Shown here: one piece after another, positions 8,926-18,172 of the stretch
How the letters are laid out: each line of letters begins with the position of its first letter
Position numbering within the stretch: the stretch's first letter is position 1
Source: a virus
Length of the DNA stretch: 64,000 nt
IMG/VR virus record: IMGVR_UViG_3300035138_000081
Direction: 5' to 3' (one strand)
Translations under genes and position numbers: made by a program
Notes under the pieces: generated by a model
What the model saw: only the letters and a program-made list of their open reading frames with translations
Database searches by the model: none
Told to the model about the DNA's origin: nothing

Positions 8926-10806
8926 TTAGGAAATTCCATATTTGTTCCAGATTAAATCTAGAATCTTAGTAATGTTACCGCTAGAGAAAAGTAATACACC
9001 TTCTCCTAAAGCTTCTGTTCTATCTTTAGCATCAACTGTACCATCTGGTTGAACTTTAAGTACTCTTTGTAAGCCACCTTTACCTTTTAAGATATCAATA
9101 TATCCAACAATATCAGGAATTCCTGGAATCTCAGTTGATTGTTGTCCTGGAAGTTGAACAGTAACCGTTATTTTCTTTGTAGTTTCATCTACTATTCTTT
9201 GAGACAAAGTTGTAAAGAAAGTATGTAAAGGCAAGTCCCTAAAGTTTTGCATAATCATAAGCATCTGGTTCAAAGATTTACCCCAATGTTGAATTTCTGC
9301 TTGCTTTATTTTGGTCCAACTTCTATCCTCTAGCGGTATATACTTGTCACCTTCTGCAAAGTAGTGTAAACCAACCTTTTGTAAGGCTGTTACAGAATCT
9401 AAGGCAATTGCTTTATACGGGTGTTTTTGAGTTGCTAAATAATTAAAATACTTGCTAAGTTCTGAAATGCTTGTTACATTAAGAATTGTATACTTGGTTG
9501 GATCTTGCTTTGCAAATCTTATTGGTGCACCACCTTCACAATCAAGAACAAGTATTGGACTAGTTCTTTCATCATTGCAGCAATCTGCAATTAAGCTCGT
9601 GTTGTGAGTAACTACATGATTTTCTGTAAGAAACAACCCACTTGGATTAGCTGTTCGCAAACATATTGTCTCTTGAGAACCTACCGGAACTATTTCTCTA
9701 AGTGTTCTGCGACTTTCACTTTGACCTTTCTTAAATTTAGCAGAATGTTTTACAGAACTGAAACACTTAATTGCATATGGCATTTTAATTTCTAAAACAT
9801 AGGCTTTTTTACATTCAATATACACACCATCTTTTTTATATCCAGAATCTTCAACTGACAACTTCGCAGTTCCTCCAAGTGAAGTAACTAGATGTTGTAC
9901 ATCATCCGCCAACTGTTTAGAACTTGAACTATAAGAAGCGGAACTACCATCTACCCAACCATCGGTATCTATGATGCCTTGCAACATTTCTGTACGTTGT
10001 TTAACACTTCCATATTTGTACGCAAGTGGAATAAACTTTTCGTGAGATCTTTTAGCCCAAAGACCCCACTGCCTTAAACAGTATTCTAAGTGACCATCTA
10101 CAATCGCCCAATCAATACCATTTGGATTTTTCTTACTCATGGGTTTAAACGTTCCTTTAATACCACCTTCTGCATATTGGTTTCTGCAATAGTTTAAGAT
10201 ATCTTCTTCTGTGTTTGAAAAACCAATATAGTTACTTGCAAAACAGCCATCTCCTAATAGCAATCCTAAATAATAGGGTTCGTATGGGTAGTTCTTTTCG
10301 GCATATTCTACTGGTTTACACATCGGAATATAAACATTCCACTCCTTACAATCCAATTTCTTATCTACTTTATAAAGATCAGTTTGAAGCAATTCACTCA
10401 TTGTTACTGTTTTAAACCGATCTTTTCTATAGTCTCGCATGTTACGTGTCTGAATGTTCCATAAATGCGACTTATCACACACAATTGTCGTACCATCAGA
10501 AAACTTTAATGCATAGCAGGGTTGTAATCCCTGTTTATAAATACCCTCAACTCTATGGAAGTACCCATCTTCTCCAGCAACCAAATCTGTCGTTTTTAAT
10601 TCTTCAATAGGAATGTATCCTCTCTCTGTAATAAGTTTAGTACCTATCGCTAAACCCTTTCCTCTTCCACCGGGACTGTGTAAAAGTATGTTAAGATACT
10701 TAAATTTTTCTGAAACATCAATTCCTGGTAAGCCTCCAACTACACCTTTTGGTATAGCTGCTTCTTTTTTAAGTTCTGCTTTAGGGTCTATTTTTGGTTT
10801 TAGCAT
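8926..10806 (-). CDS. AAA_24/Sak4-like recombination ATPase interrupted by an intein
   Basis: The exteins join to give Walker A SPGGRGK|TSL. Walker B is AIALDSVT. The insert carries a Hint domain plus LAGLIDADG motifs. Confidence 0.75.
   Translation of the reverse strand: MLKPKIDPKAELKKEAAIPKGVVGGLPGIDVSEKFKYLNILLHSPGGRGKGLAIGTKLITERGYIPIEELKTTDLVAGEDGYFHRVEGIYKQGLQPCYALKFSDGTTIVCDKSHLWNIQTRNMRDYRKDRFKTVTMSELLQTDLYKVDKKLDCKEWNVYIPMCKPVEYAEKNYPYEPYYLGLLLGDGCFASNYIGFSNTEEDILNYCRNQYAEGGIKGTFKPMSKKNPNGIDWAIVDGHLEYCLRQWGLWAKRSHEKFIPLAYKYGSVKQRTEMLQGIIDTDGWVDGSSASYSSSSKQLADDVQHLVTSLGGTAKLSVEDSGYKKDGVYIECKKAYVLEIKMPYAIKCFSSVKHSAKFKKGQSESRRTLREIVPVGSQETICLRTANPSGLFLTENHVVTHNTSLIADCCNDERTSPILVLDCEGGAPIRFAKQDPTKYTILNVTSISELSKYFNYLATQKHPYKAIALDSVTALQKVGLHYFAEGDKYIPLEDRSWTKIKQAEIQHWGKSLNQMLMIMQNFRDLPLHTFFTTLSQRIVDETTKKITVTVQLPGQQSTEIPGIPDIVGYIDILKGKGGLQRVLKVQPDGTVDAKDRTEALGEGVLLFSSGNITKILDLIWNKYGIS
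9601..10656 (-). mobile_element. intein (352 aa) with LAGLIDADG homing endonuclease, class-3-like
   Basis: Residues 51-402: GLAIGTKLIT...VVTHN followed by +1 Thr. Two LAGLIDADG motifs (YLGLLLGDGCF, GIIDTDGWV). First residue is Gly (GGT), not Cys/Ser. Confidence 0.7.
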
Positions 10807-11120
10807 TCTTCATCCTCCTCTGCATCTGGATCTTCCCAATCGGATAGTTCACAGTCATCTCTTGAATCGCAATCTTCACAACTGCAACCGTCACAAAAGT
10901 CACTGCAAGGTAAAGTATCATCAGAACATTCTTTACAAATGTATTCACCACACGCACCACATTCACCAATTTGCGCATTTGAATAGCAATCTGTGCAAAA
11001 CCAGTTTTCACACGAGCAACATTCATACATTTCTTCTGGTGGCATTTCTTTACCGCAAGCATAACAAGTTTTTGAAATATCTCCTGTTTCTATATCTCCC
11101 ATATTAATCATTGAATTCAC
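10800..11120 (-). CDS. Cys-rich acidic protein (multi-zinc-ribbon-like)
   Basis: 106 aa with about 20 Cys in CxxC/CxC spacing and an acidic tail DWEDPDAEEDEEC. Confidence 0.55.
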   Translation of the reverse strand: MNSMINMGDIETGDISKTCYACGKEMPPEEMYECCSCENWFCTDCYSNAQIGECGACGEYICKECSDDTLPCSDFCDGCSCEDCDSRDDCELSDWEDPDAEEDEEC

Positions 11121-12306
11121 TCCTATAATAAATTCCTCTTTGAGGTTTTATTTGATAATGATTTTTCATACGATTTTTAAACGTAATCTGATCATCATGA
11201 TTTAGTGCAATGCACAAAGCTTTGTAATCGCATTTCCAACCACAATCTCTTGTAGGATTTGGATAAAAGCACTTTCTATACATTGCATTTACAACATCTT
11301 CAAACATTGACCAATAGTATTGTTCTTGCATTTTTAATTGGTTTTTGTTAAAAGTAAATATAATACGTTTGAAAAAAGTATTACCTTTCTCTTTTAAGGT
11401 TTTAAGTACATTCGCATATCTTTCATACTCTCTAGGGTTAACAGTTTCACACTCTTGCATTGTTTTTAAATATACATCATATGTTGAATCAATTGTTAAA
11501 ACCCTTGAAAGCATTCCACTTTGAAGAACTTTGGGTATTACTGGAAGTTTCTTTCTAAGAATATTATAACACCCAATAAAGTTGGATTTAAATATTCTAT
11601 TTGCACAAAAGATATATCCCAATACTTGATCATCAAAGAAAAATTCGTCATCTTCAACTCTATTCTTGCTTGTTTTATGATCTACAACCATATACTTTTG
11701 TTTTACGGTATCATATACTACAAGATCAATTGTTCCAATAATCTCTGGTATATAATAATCTCCCATAATTTCAATCACAAATGGTGTAACATCTTTTCCA
11801 TGAATCTTTTCGGTATAAAAAACTTCATTTTCACTTTCTACCTCTAGCGGTAATGCGAACTGAAATTCAGTTGCTAAAACTTTCCAATTTTTATCTTGTT
11901 CTTCAGCCCAACTAAAATAATGATCTAGCATTGCACTACCCAATTCACCATGTTGAATATATTTTTCAATAGTTTCTTCTTTTTTATAATGAATATTTGC
12001 AGCTTCAAGAATTTGATACCATCCTTGAGCAAAGGCATTTTGAGCAATTGTTTTTCTTTTTTCATTATCACAATGCTTATAATATAGTTCCAAGCCTTTA
12101 TGAATATTTGTACCAAAATTTAAAGCTAAAGAAGGTTTAATAGATTCCATATTCAAGCCATTAATGCTTGAAAAATGCCATCTACGCCTACAATCTCTAA
12201 ACTCTTGAAAATCTGTTATAGACATTCTAAGACGTTTATATCCCTTTTCATAAAAAAGTTTTTCAAACTGTTGATACCAGTCTTTATACTCTTCTAGTGT
12301 ACGCAT
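11104..12306 (-). CDS. PD-(D/E)XK (RecB/Cas4-like) exonuclease
   Basis: IDLVVYD..VVDHKTSK core and C-terminal Cys cluster CGWKCDYKALC. Confidence 0.65.
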   Translation of the reverse strand: MRTLEEYKDWYQQFEKLFYEKGYKRLRMSITDFQEFRDCRRRWHFSSINGLNMESIKPSLALNFGTNIHKGLELYYKHCDNEKRKTIAQNAFAQGWYQILEAANIHYKKEETIEKYIQHGELGSAMLDHYFSWAEEQDKNWKVLATEFQFALPLEVESENEVFYTEKIHGKDVTPFVIEIMGDYYIPEIIGTIDLVVYDTVKQKYMVVDHKTSKNRVEDDEFFFDDQVLGYIFCANRIFKSNFIGCYNILRKKLPVIPKVLQSGMLSRVLTIDSTYDVYLKTMQECETVNPREYERYANVLKTLKEKGNTFFKRIIFTFNKNQLKMQEQYYWSMFEDVVNAMYRKCFYPNPTRDCGWKCDYKALCIALNHDDQITFKNRMKNHYQIKPQRGIYYRSEFND

Positions 12307-12346
12307 AATATATTCCTTTCTAATTTTTTTATTAATTTATATTTAT

Positions 12347-12375
12347 ATTATATATGAAAATTTAATAAAAATCAA
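12347..12375 (-). promoter_or_regulatory. sigma-A/sigma-70-like promoter
   Basis: Minus strand: TTGATT, 17 nt, TATAAT. Confidence 0.6.
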
Positions 12376-12393
12376 TGGTTTTTAATAGATTTT

Positions 12394-13983
12394 TTATAAA
12401 TTTTTATATAGATCTTTGACTAATTCTTTATCGTCTAAAATCGACGATAATAAATTTTGTTTTTCTTTCAACACTTGTTCTTTACGCGTTGCAACAGTAT
12501 TTTGTGCAATAATATGATAATATGTTTTCAAGCGAGTAGAATTCATTCTATGTATTCTATCTTCAAATTGCTCATTAACATGAGGTTGCCATGACTTATC
12601 TCCAAAGATCATATAATCACATTCATCAATAGATAGGCCTTCTGACATTGCAGCAATTGAGCCTACAAGTACCGCACGTTTTTGCTTTTTAAATTCTTGA
12701 CAAATAGCATCCCTATCTCTGGAAGCACCAGTAATTACATATACAGGTATCTTTGCTTTTTTAAGTTTTTCTGCAAGTAGAGTAGTTGCTTTAATGTAGT
12801 TTAAACCTACAATAACTCTTTGATTTCCAATATCTTGAATAAGTTCAAGAATTGTGTTTTCAACTACAGAATAATCTTCTCCTCCAAGTATTGCGGGATT
12901 TGCTACAATTTGTTGACCTCTAATAATAGCTTCAACTGCAGATTCTACAACTAAAGTATCTTCATCTTTACGTTGTACTACCATATTCTTCTTTAAAAGT
13001 TTATATGCTTTTGCTTGAGCACCATCTAACTTTACAGGTATTTCAATATGTCTCTTTTCTGGCAGACCTTCTTTCAATCTTCTAATTGAATAAAGTTGCA
13101 TTAGCCATTGAAGTTCTTTAATTTTATTTTGCTTTAAACCTTTGATTTCCTTACTGAAAAAGCCATCTTCAACTTCACAAAAATATTCTATAAATCCCCA
13201 CTTTGAAACAAATGCGTGTGGATCAATAATGTTCAATAGTTGCCAAACATCTTGAGGTGCATCACCAATAGGATTTCCAGTAGCTAGCCATACATGGTTT
13301 GCTTTAATCTTTTTAGCACCTTTAACAATTTGAGATTGAGGATTCTTTAATCTGTGACCTTCATCAAAGATAACTGCATCCCATTCTTGTTCATGCAAGC
13401 ATGGATAGCCACCTCTACTCTTTGCAAGTCTTAGCATTTCATAGTTTACTAAAGTATATCTTTCACTTTGATTGATAATTCTTTGACGTATATTCCTTTC
13501 ACCTTCACAGGGCTTAACTTTTATACCATACCACTTTAAAAACTCTCTTGCCCAATTCTTCTTAAGATATCCTGGAACAACAATTAAAACTTTCTGCCAT
13601 TGCAGAAGTTCCGCTAGAGAAATGAGTGACAAAGTTTTTCCTAATCCTCGATCGTCTGATAGGATACCACTTTTAGCAGCTTTTGCAAAGTGCAAGAAGT
13701 CAACTTGAATTTGAGATAATAACCTATGACCACAACGTTCGCCATGTGTACCTTTAACACGTAGCACTTTATTTATTCTTTCGGAAGTCATTTCTCTTAG
13801 CGGTATTAGGGCGTCTCCAAAATCAAAGAAAGTATCTAGTTGCCTATATGTTAAGGGGTTGATAGGAAAACTTATTATATCTTTTTTCGCATATGTTGCA
13901 CCAAAGATTTTTGTAAGTTTTTTGAAAGTGTCTTCATCAACATTTTTAAAATATATTCTGTTTCTCTTGTATTCATAATTCAT
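12394..13983 (-). CDS. SNF2-family helicase
   Basis: DDRGLGKT Walker A, IFDEGHRLKN (DEGH box), C-terminal helicase motifs. Confidence 0.85.
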   Translation of the reverse strand: MNYEYKRNRIYFKNVDEDTFKKLTKIFGATYAKKDIISFPINPLTYRQLDTFFDFGDALIPLREMTSERINKVLRVKGTHGERCGHRLLSQIQVDFLHFAKAAKSGILSDDRGLGKTLSLISLAELLQWQKVLIVVPGYLKKNWAREFLKWYGIKVKPCEGERNIRQRIINQSERYTLVNYEMLRLAKSRGGYPCLHEQEWDAVIFDEGHRLKNPQSQIVKGAKKIKANHVWLATGNPIGDAPQDVWQLLNIIDPHAFVSKWGFIEYFCEVEDGFFSKEIKGLKQNKIKELQWLMQLYSIRRLKEGLPEKRHIEIPVKLDGAQAKAYKLLKKNMVVQRKDEDTLVVESAVEAIIRGQQIVANPAILGGEDYSVVENTILELIQDIGNQRVIVGLNYIKATTLLAEKLKKAKIPVYVITGASRDRDAICQEFKKQKRAVLVGSIAAMSEGLSIDECDYMIFGDKSWQPHVNEQFEDRIHRMNSTRLKTYYHIIAQNTVATRKEQVLKEKQNLLSSILDDKELVKDLYKNL

Positions 13984-14443
13984 CTATTTGTACTCCAATC
14001 TCATCAATTGATATTTTAAGTATTTTATTGCAATAGCGTATGCCGTGAGCGATTGCATCAATTGCATGTCTTTTTTGAGAGTTATCTTTTTTAATATCAT
14101 TCCATTCAAAACTAGTATTTTCTGATAGCATATTTTTTGCAAATTGCAAATAGCCTTTCTTTTGAGCTTGTGTTTGCATGGCTATTTCAGATACCCAATG
14201 GTATTTTGCTTTAAGGGCACCAACAAGTTCAATAGTTGCTAAAGCTTCTTTTGTTAACGTTGCAAAAGGGTTTACAAATCTTTCAACTACAATGGTATCT
14301 ATAATACATTCATCATCAAAACTATTTTTGTATACAAACTCATCTGTGCAAAGGCCTGCATTAAGCAGTACAATGCTTGCGTTAACAACTTGAAACGTTG
14401 CATAGCCTGTTGTAAGTCCTGGATCAAAACATTTCAATAGCAT
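13973..14443 (-). CDS. RuvC-like Holliday junction resolvase
   Basis: CFDPGLTTGYA, VVERF and DAIAHG motifs. Start set to ATG 14443, which follows an AAAGGAG RBS. Confidence 0.7.
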   Translation of the reverse strand: MLLKCFDPGLTTGYATFQVVNASIVLLNAGLCTDEFVYKNSFDDECIIDTIVVERFVNPFATLTKEALATIELVGALKAKYHWVSEIAMQTQAQKKGYLQFAKNMLSENTSFEWNDIKKDNSQKRHAIDAIAHGIRYCNKILKISIDEIGVQIDEL

Positions 14444-14465
14444 AGTGTGTTCTCCTTTCATAATA

Positions 14466-14488
14466 AAAGAGAGCTCAAGGCTCTCTTT
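14466..14488 (-). terminator. stem-loop between the small zinc-ribbon ORF and ruvC
   Basis: AAAGAGAGC, 5-nt loop, GCTCTCTTT. Confidence 0.45.
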
Positions 14489-14491
14489 TAA

Positions 14492-14641
14492 TTAGTGTGG
14501 TTTATTTTTTGCTTGTTCTTCTCTTTTCTTTTTTTCTATTTCTTCATTTTGCTTTGTTAAACAGTTCCCACAAAGTTTTAAACTACCACCATCTCCTGCA
14601 TATCTTTTTGCACCACATTTTTCACAAGTCTTTTCTGACAT
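14492..14641 (-). CDS. 49-aa zinc-ribbon protein (below the ORF-track cutoff)
   Basis: Manual translation gives MSEKTCEKCGAKRYAGDGGSLKLCGNCLTKQNEE..., with CxxC..CxxC. Confidence 0.45.
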   Translation of the reverse strand: MSEKTCEKCGAKRYAGDGGSLKLCGNCLTKQNEEIEKKKREEQAKNKPH

Positions 14642-14653
14642 AATTTCATCCTC

Positions 14654-14887
14654 CTACTTATTTTTTGATTTATAATTCGTTAGAGAACTCTTACAACTAG
14701 AGAGTTGTCTTTCTGCTGTTGATAAATTGCTTTTTGCAAATGATATATTGCTATCCCAACCACAATCTGGATGTTCCTTATGCAATTTTGTAAACTCTAC
14801 TATTTCTCCTTTAAATGTTCTAATTGAACTTTCTAATGAAGATATCTCTGCCTCTAATGCTTTAATTTCTGAATCATATTTTCCCAT
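14654..14887 (-). CDS. small coiled-coil protein, array member 1
   Basis: 77 aa with heptad segment EIKALEAEISSLESSI. Confidence 0.6.
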   Translation of the reverse strand: MGKYDSEIKALEAEISSLESSIRTFKGEIVEFTKLHKEHPDCGWDSNISFAKSNLSTAERQLSSCKSSLTNYKSKNK

Positions 14888-14907
14888 CTGTCATCATCCT
14901 TTTCTAT

Positions 14908-15144
14908 TTATTTATTTTGCTCTTTTAGAGCTGCTTGCCATTCAGCATATTTGCTTCTTGCACTTTCTCTTGCACTTGATAAATCATTCTTTTTACTTGC
15001 AATTTGATCTCCTAATGCTTTTTTTAATGCTAAAGTTTCTGCACTAGATTGCCTACTTTCTAGACTCCTTATTTCTGATGTTAAACTTGATATCCTGCTT
15101 TCAAGGTTATTATATTCTCTTTCTAAATTTGCTGGATTTGCCAT
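14908..15144 (-). CDS. small coiled-coil protein, array member 2
   Basis: 78 aa with NLESRISSLTSEIRSLES. Confidence 0.6.
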   Translation of the reverse strand: MANPANLEREYNNLESRISSLTSEIRSLESRQSSAETLALKKALGDQIASKKNDLSSARESARSKYAEWQAALKEQNK

Positions 15145-15165
15145 AATCTTTCCTCCTAAGATTTT

Positions 15166-15381
15166 TTATAGACCTCTTTCTAAAGAAGCTATTTCACTTT
15201 CAAGTGAGCTTATTTCACTTGCAAGATCAGATAATTCATTATTTAATTCCTTTGCTCTTTCACGATCTTTACAAGTTGCAAAGGCTATTTTAGTTGAGCT
15301 ATGTATATTGTTTAAGGTTCTCAACTCACTTTTCTTATTTGAAATTTTAGTAAGTATTGCGATTCTTTGATCTGGTGTCAT
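15166..15381 (-). CDS. small coiled-coil protein, array member 3
   Basis: 71 aa with LSDLASEISSLESEIASLE. Confidence 0.6.
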   Translation of the reverse strand: MTPDQRIAILTKISNKKSELRTLNNIHSSTKIAFATCKDRERAKELNNELSDLASEISSLESEIASLERGL

Positions 15382-15410
15382 AATTTCTACCTCCTAATTT
15401 GTTCACTAAT

Positions 15411-15638
15411 TCATATACCATATTCACTTAATTTTCTTTTATAAGACCTATTTTGATCTTCAAGTACTGAAATTGAAATCAACATACTGTCTATTTCAGA
15501 TTGTAATGTCTTTATTGTTTGAGGATCTTTTAAACCTTCTATTGCTCTTTTACGTTGTTCAATCATTTTGTTATAAGAATTAATAGATGTATTGTTACTT
15601 GATATCCATTCTTGAAGAGTTTCCCAAGACGGTTTCAT
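15411..15638 (-). CDS. small coiled-coil protein, array member 4
   Basis: Start set to ATG 15638 (MKPSW), just after the upstream stop. Contains LQSEIDSMLISISVLED. Confidence 0.55.
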   Translation of the reverse strand: MKPSWETLQEWISSNNTSINSYNKMIEQRKRAIEGLKDPQTIKTLQSEIDSMLISISVLEDQNRSYKRKLSEYGI

Positions 15639-15639
15639 A

Positions 15640-15876
15640 TTACTTACCTTCTTTCTTAGCAACATCCGCTAATTGTGATTCATATTCTGAAACTCTGATT
15701 TCACAAGTTAATATTTTACTATTGCAAGATTGCATAAAATTTTCTGCATTGCTTTTTTCTGTTTCATCAATAGCACTTCTTGCAGCAATTGATGCTTTGG
15801 TATATTCATTTCTCCAATTATTTAACTCATCTCTTGCAGCATCTAAATTCTTTTTAATTGCATCATAACTTAACAT
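15640..15876 (-). CDS. small coiled-coil protein, array member 5
   Basis: Start set to ATG 15876, which follows a GGGAG RBS. Helical throughout. Confidence 0.55.
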   Translation of the reverse strand: MLSYDAIKKNLDAARDELNNWRNEYTKASIAARSAIDETEKSNAENFMQSCNSKILTCEIRVSEYESQLADVAKKEGK

Positions 15877-15895
15877 AATTTCTATCTCCCTTAGA

Positions 15896-16132
15896 TTAAT
15901 TAAATTTTGATATTCTTCTTTCAAGGCAAGCACAATCTGAGTGTAATTCAATTATTTTATCTCTTAACTCACTAACCTTATCTTCTGCATTTGCAACATC
16001 CACACAATCATATTGGCTTGATATTTTTTTCCAAGAAAGGTCTTTTTGTGCATTCGCAAGCTTTGATATTGCACGATCCAGTTCGCTAGACTTAGATTCT
16101 AATGCACTTTTAAGATCTGCTAAACTAGCCAT
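15896..16132 (-). CDS. small coiled-coil protein, array member 6
   Basis: 78 aa with LADLKSALESKSSELDRAISKL. Confidence 0.6.
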   Translation of the reverse strand: MASLADLKSALESKSSELDRAISKLANAQKDLSWKKISSQYDCVDVANAEDKVSELRDKIIELHSDCACLERRISKFN

Positions 16133-16161
16133 TTAAATTATCCTCCCATTTAAATCATCTC

Positions 16162-16413
16162 CTAAAATTTACTTAATTCGGTTACCCACATTTGTTTAGT
16201 AGCTTGCCATTGATCAATATATTTTTCACATAATCTTATTAGTGCATTTGCTTCATCTATTTGCCAAGTTGCACCTTCTTTTTTTGCATCTACGAGTGCA
16301 CTTTGTGCACTAGCTAATTCTCTTTCATATTGTGCTATTTTGTTATAAGCGGTAGATATTTCTCTTTCACAATCTCCCTTTGTTAATGCCATTTTAATTA
16401 TCCTCTCTGCCAT
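16162..16413 (-). CDS. small coiled-coil protein, array member 7
   Basis: 83 aa, helical. The start is ambiguous between M1 and M8. Confidence 0.55.
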   Translation of the reverse strand: MAERIIKMALTKGDCEREISTAYNKIAQYERELASAQSALVDAKKEGATWQIDEANALIRLCEKYIDQWQATKQMWVTELSKF

Positions 16414-16415
16414 AT

Positions 16416-16811
16416 TTATTTTCCTAAACTTGCATTTACACTAGCTATTTGACCTTCTAAAGTTATTATTTTATTTTCTAATTCACTAATTGCCTCTTGA
16501 CAAGTAGTTTTAGAAACACCTGTAAGATCTGATAGTTCTTTTTCTTTTAAAAGTTTTAAAGTAGCTACATCTTGTATCTGTTTTCTTAAATTATCAATTA
16601 CTGCCATTGCATTACCTCCCTTAATTAAGTTTAATAATAACTCTTTTTCTTTTTTCAATTCTTGTTGCAAGTCGTATACTTTATTACAATAATCTCGTTG
16701 TAATGCTGGTGATTTACCACCATGTACAACTTGTGCTTTATACTTTTCAATTAAACTATTGCATCTTGTTATGTTATCATATATTTCTTGCACTTCTTCT
16801 TTAATTGTCAT
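16416..16811 (-). CDS. coiled-coil protein, array member 8 (double length)
   Basis: Start set to ATG 16811, overlapping the upstream stop. C-terminus is EAISELENKIITLEGQI. Confidence 0.55.
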   Translation of the reverse strand: MTIKEEVQEIYDNITRCNSLIEKYKAQVVHGGKSPALQRDYCNKVYDLQQELKKEKELLLNLIKGGNAMAVIDNLRKQIQDVATLKLLKEKELSDLTGVSKTTCQEAISELENKIITLEGQIASVNASLGK

Positions 16812-17013
16812 TTGATAGTACAGCCTCCAATTTTGAAATTTGTAATTGAATATCACGAATAGAACGCTTATACTCTTGTATCTTGTTTAAAATTGCAATT
16901 CTTAAAAGATCTTGACCTGTTCTAACGTGACATAGCTTTTTTTGTTCAACTTCTAAATCCTTTTGTAAAGTACTCAATACTGCTTTTAAACTATCAAGGT
17001 GCGTATTCGTCAT
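16801..17013 (-). CDS. small coiled-coil protein, array member 9
   Basis: 70 aa with LDSLKAVLSTLQKDLE and IQLQISKLEAVL. Confidence 0.6.
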   Translation of the reverse strand: MTNTHLDSLKAVLSTLQKDLEVEQKKLCHVRTGQDLLRIAILNKIQEYKRSIRDIQLQISKLEAVLSNDN

Positions 17014-17064
17014 TTTATCACCTCCAATAAATTAAAGTTAATAATTTATTTATTTATTAAATAT

Positions 17065-17093
17065 ATTATATAATAAAAATTAATAAAAATCAA
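17065..17093 (-). promoter_or_regulatory. sigma-A/sigma-70-like promoter
   Basis: Minus strand: TTGATT, 17 nt, TATAAT. Heads the coiled-coil gene array. Confidence 0.6.
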
Positions 17094-17207
17094 TGGTTTT
17101 TTATAAAAAAATTAAAAAAGAAGCCTTAGGTACAAGACTTCTTTAATTAATAAATAAGGATATATTATGTATGACTAGTACTAATTGGATAGCTAAGTAC
17201 TAAGATT

Positions 17208-18098
17208 TTAGACTTGTGCTGTTTCTGCCTTTGAAGCTTCAATTTCTTCTGCTTTTGCAGTTGCTTTTTCATCTGCTTTAGCTTTCTTTAAAGCTGCTTT
17301 ATGTTCTTGATATTTCGCAGCAACTTTTCTTGATTTGTATAAATGCATACAAGAATATCTAAATACCTTTGCATACATTGGATCTTCAATAGTAATTTCT
17401 CCTGCAACTAATTTAGGTCCAAAAGTTTTTAATAGCTTTGTTCTGTTTTCAGTATAGCTTAATTTTGAATTAGTAGCAGCTCTTGCAAAATGTTCTTCTG
17501 GAATTTCAGCTAATCCAAAATCAATTTCTGGAACACCTTCAATAAATGCTAGCATTTTAGTATCAATAGCTGCAATTGATTCAATGTTAGCTGCAACAAG
17601 TTCTTTTACTTTAAAGTCTTCTCCAAAGAAGTATGCTTTTACTTCTGCATCTTTTTGAAATAAGCATATTCTTTTTGATACTACCTTAGTTTTCTTTTCT
17701 TTCTTTTTATCATTTGCAGCATTCTCTAATGCTTTTGATACATCATTTTCTACTACTGCTTCTTCTTTACTTTCAGTTACAACTGTTTCTTCTACTTTTA
17801 CTTCTTCCATAGTTTCAACAGTATCAATTTCTTTTTTAACTTCAGCCATTTGTTTCTCCTCCAATTGTTTTAGTATTTCTGTTATTTGAGCATCTTTAAA
17901 ATCTATACCCGTTATAGTTTTAAAAGATGTTTTAAAAGAATTCTTTTCATTTGCTGTAGCTCTACCAAGCTTATCAAATTGATCTTTAAGTAATTCTAAT
18001 TGAGTACCATCCATTAATAAAAATGTATAAACTTCATCTTCCGATTTAACTAATGCACCAGTACCTTCATCAAGATTATAAAATTTCAAACGTGCCAT
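17208..18098 (-). CDS. hypothetical Lys/Glu-rich protein
   Basis: 296-aa ORF with a strong AAAGGAGG RBS and its own promoter. No motif recognised. Confidence 0.6.
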   Translation of the reverse strand: MARLKFYNLDEGTGALVKSEDEVYTFLLMDGTQLELLKDQFDKLGRATANEKNSFKTSFKTITGIDFKDAQITEILKQLEEKQMAEVKKEIDTVETMEEVKVEETVVTESKEEAVVENDVSKALENAANDKKKEKKTKVVSKRICLFQKDAEVKAYFFGEDFKVKELVAANIESIAAIDTKMLAFIEGVPEIDFGLAEIPEEHFARAATNSKLSYTENRTKLLKTFGPKLVAGEITIEDPMYAKVFRYSCMHLYKSRKVAAKYQEHKAALKKAKADEKATAKAEEIEASKAETAQV

Positions 18099-18143
18099 TA
18101 ATCTGCCTCCTTTTATTTTCTTATTTCTTATTTCTTATTATTT

Positions 18144-18172
18144 ATTATAAGTTATTTTTAATAAAAAATCAA
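18144..18172 (-). promoter_or_regulatory. sigma-A/sigma-70-like promoter
   Basis: Minus strand: TTGATT, 17 nt, TATAAT. Confidence 0.6.

Noticed and set aside
10613-11107. ORFs 10613..11107 (+) and 10781..11062 (-), overlapping the Cys-rich gene
   Set aside because: These are alternative frames or strands of a region better explained by the ATPase start and the Cys-rich ORF. Their composition is not protein-like.
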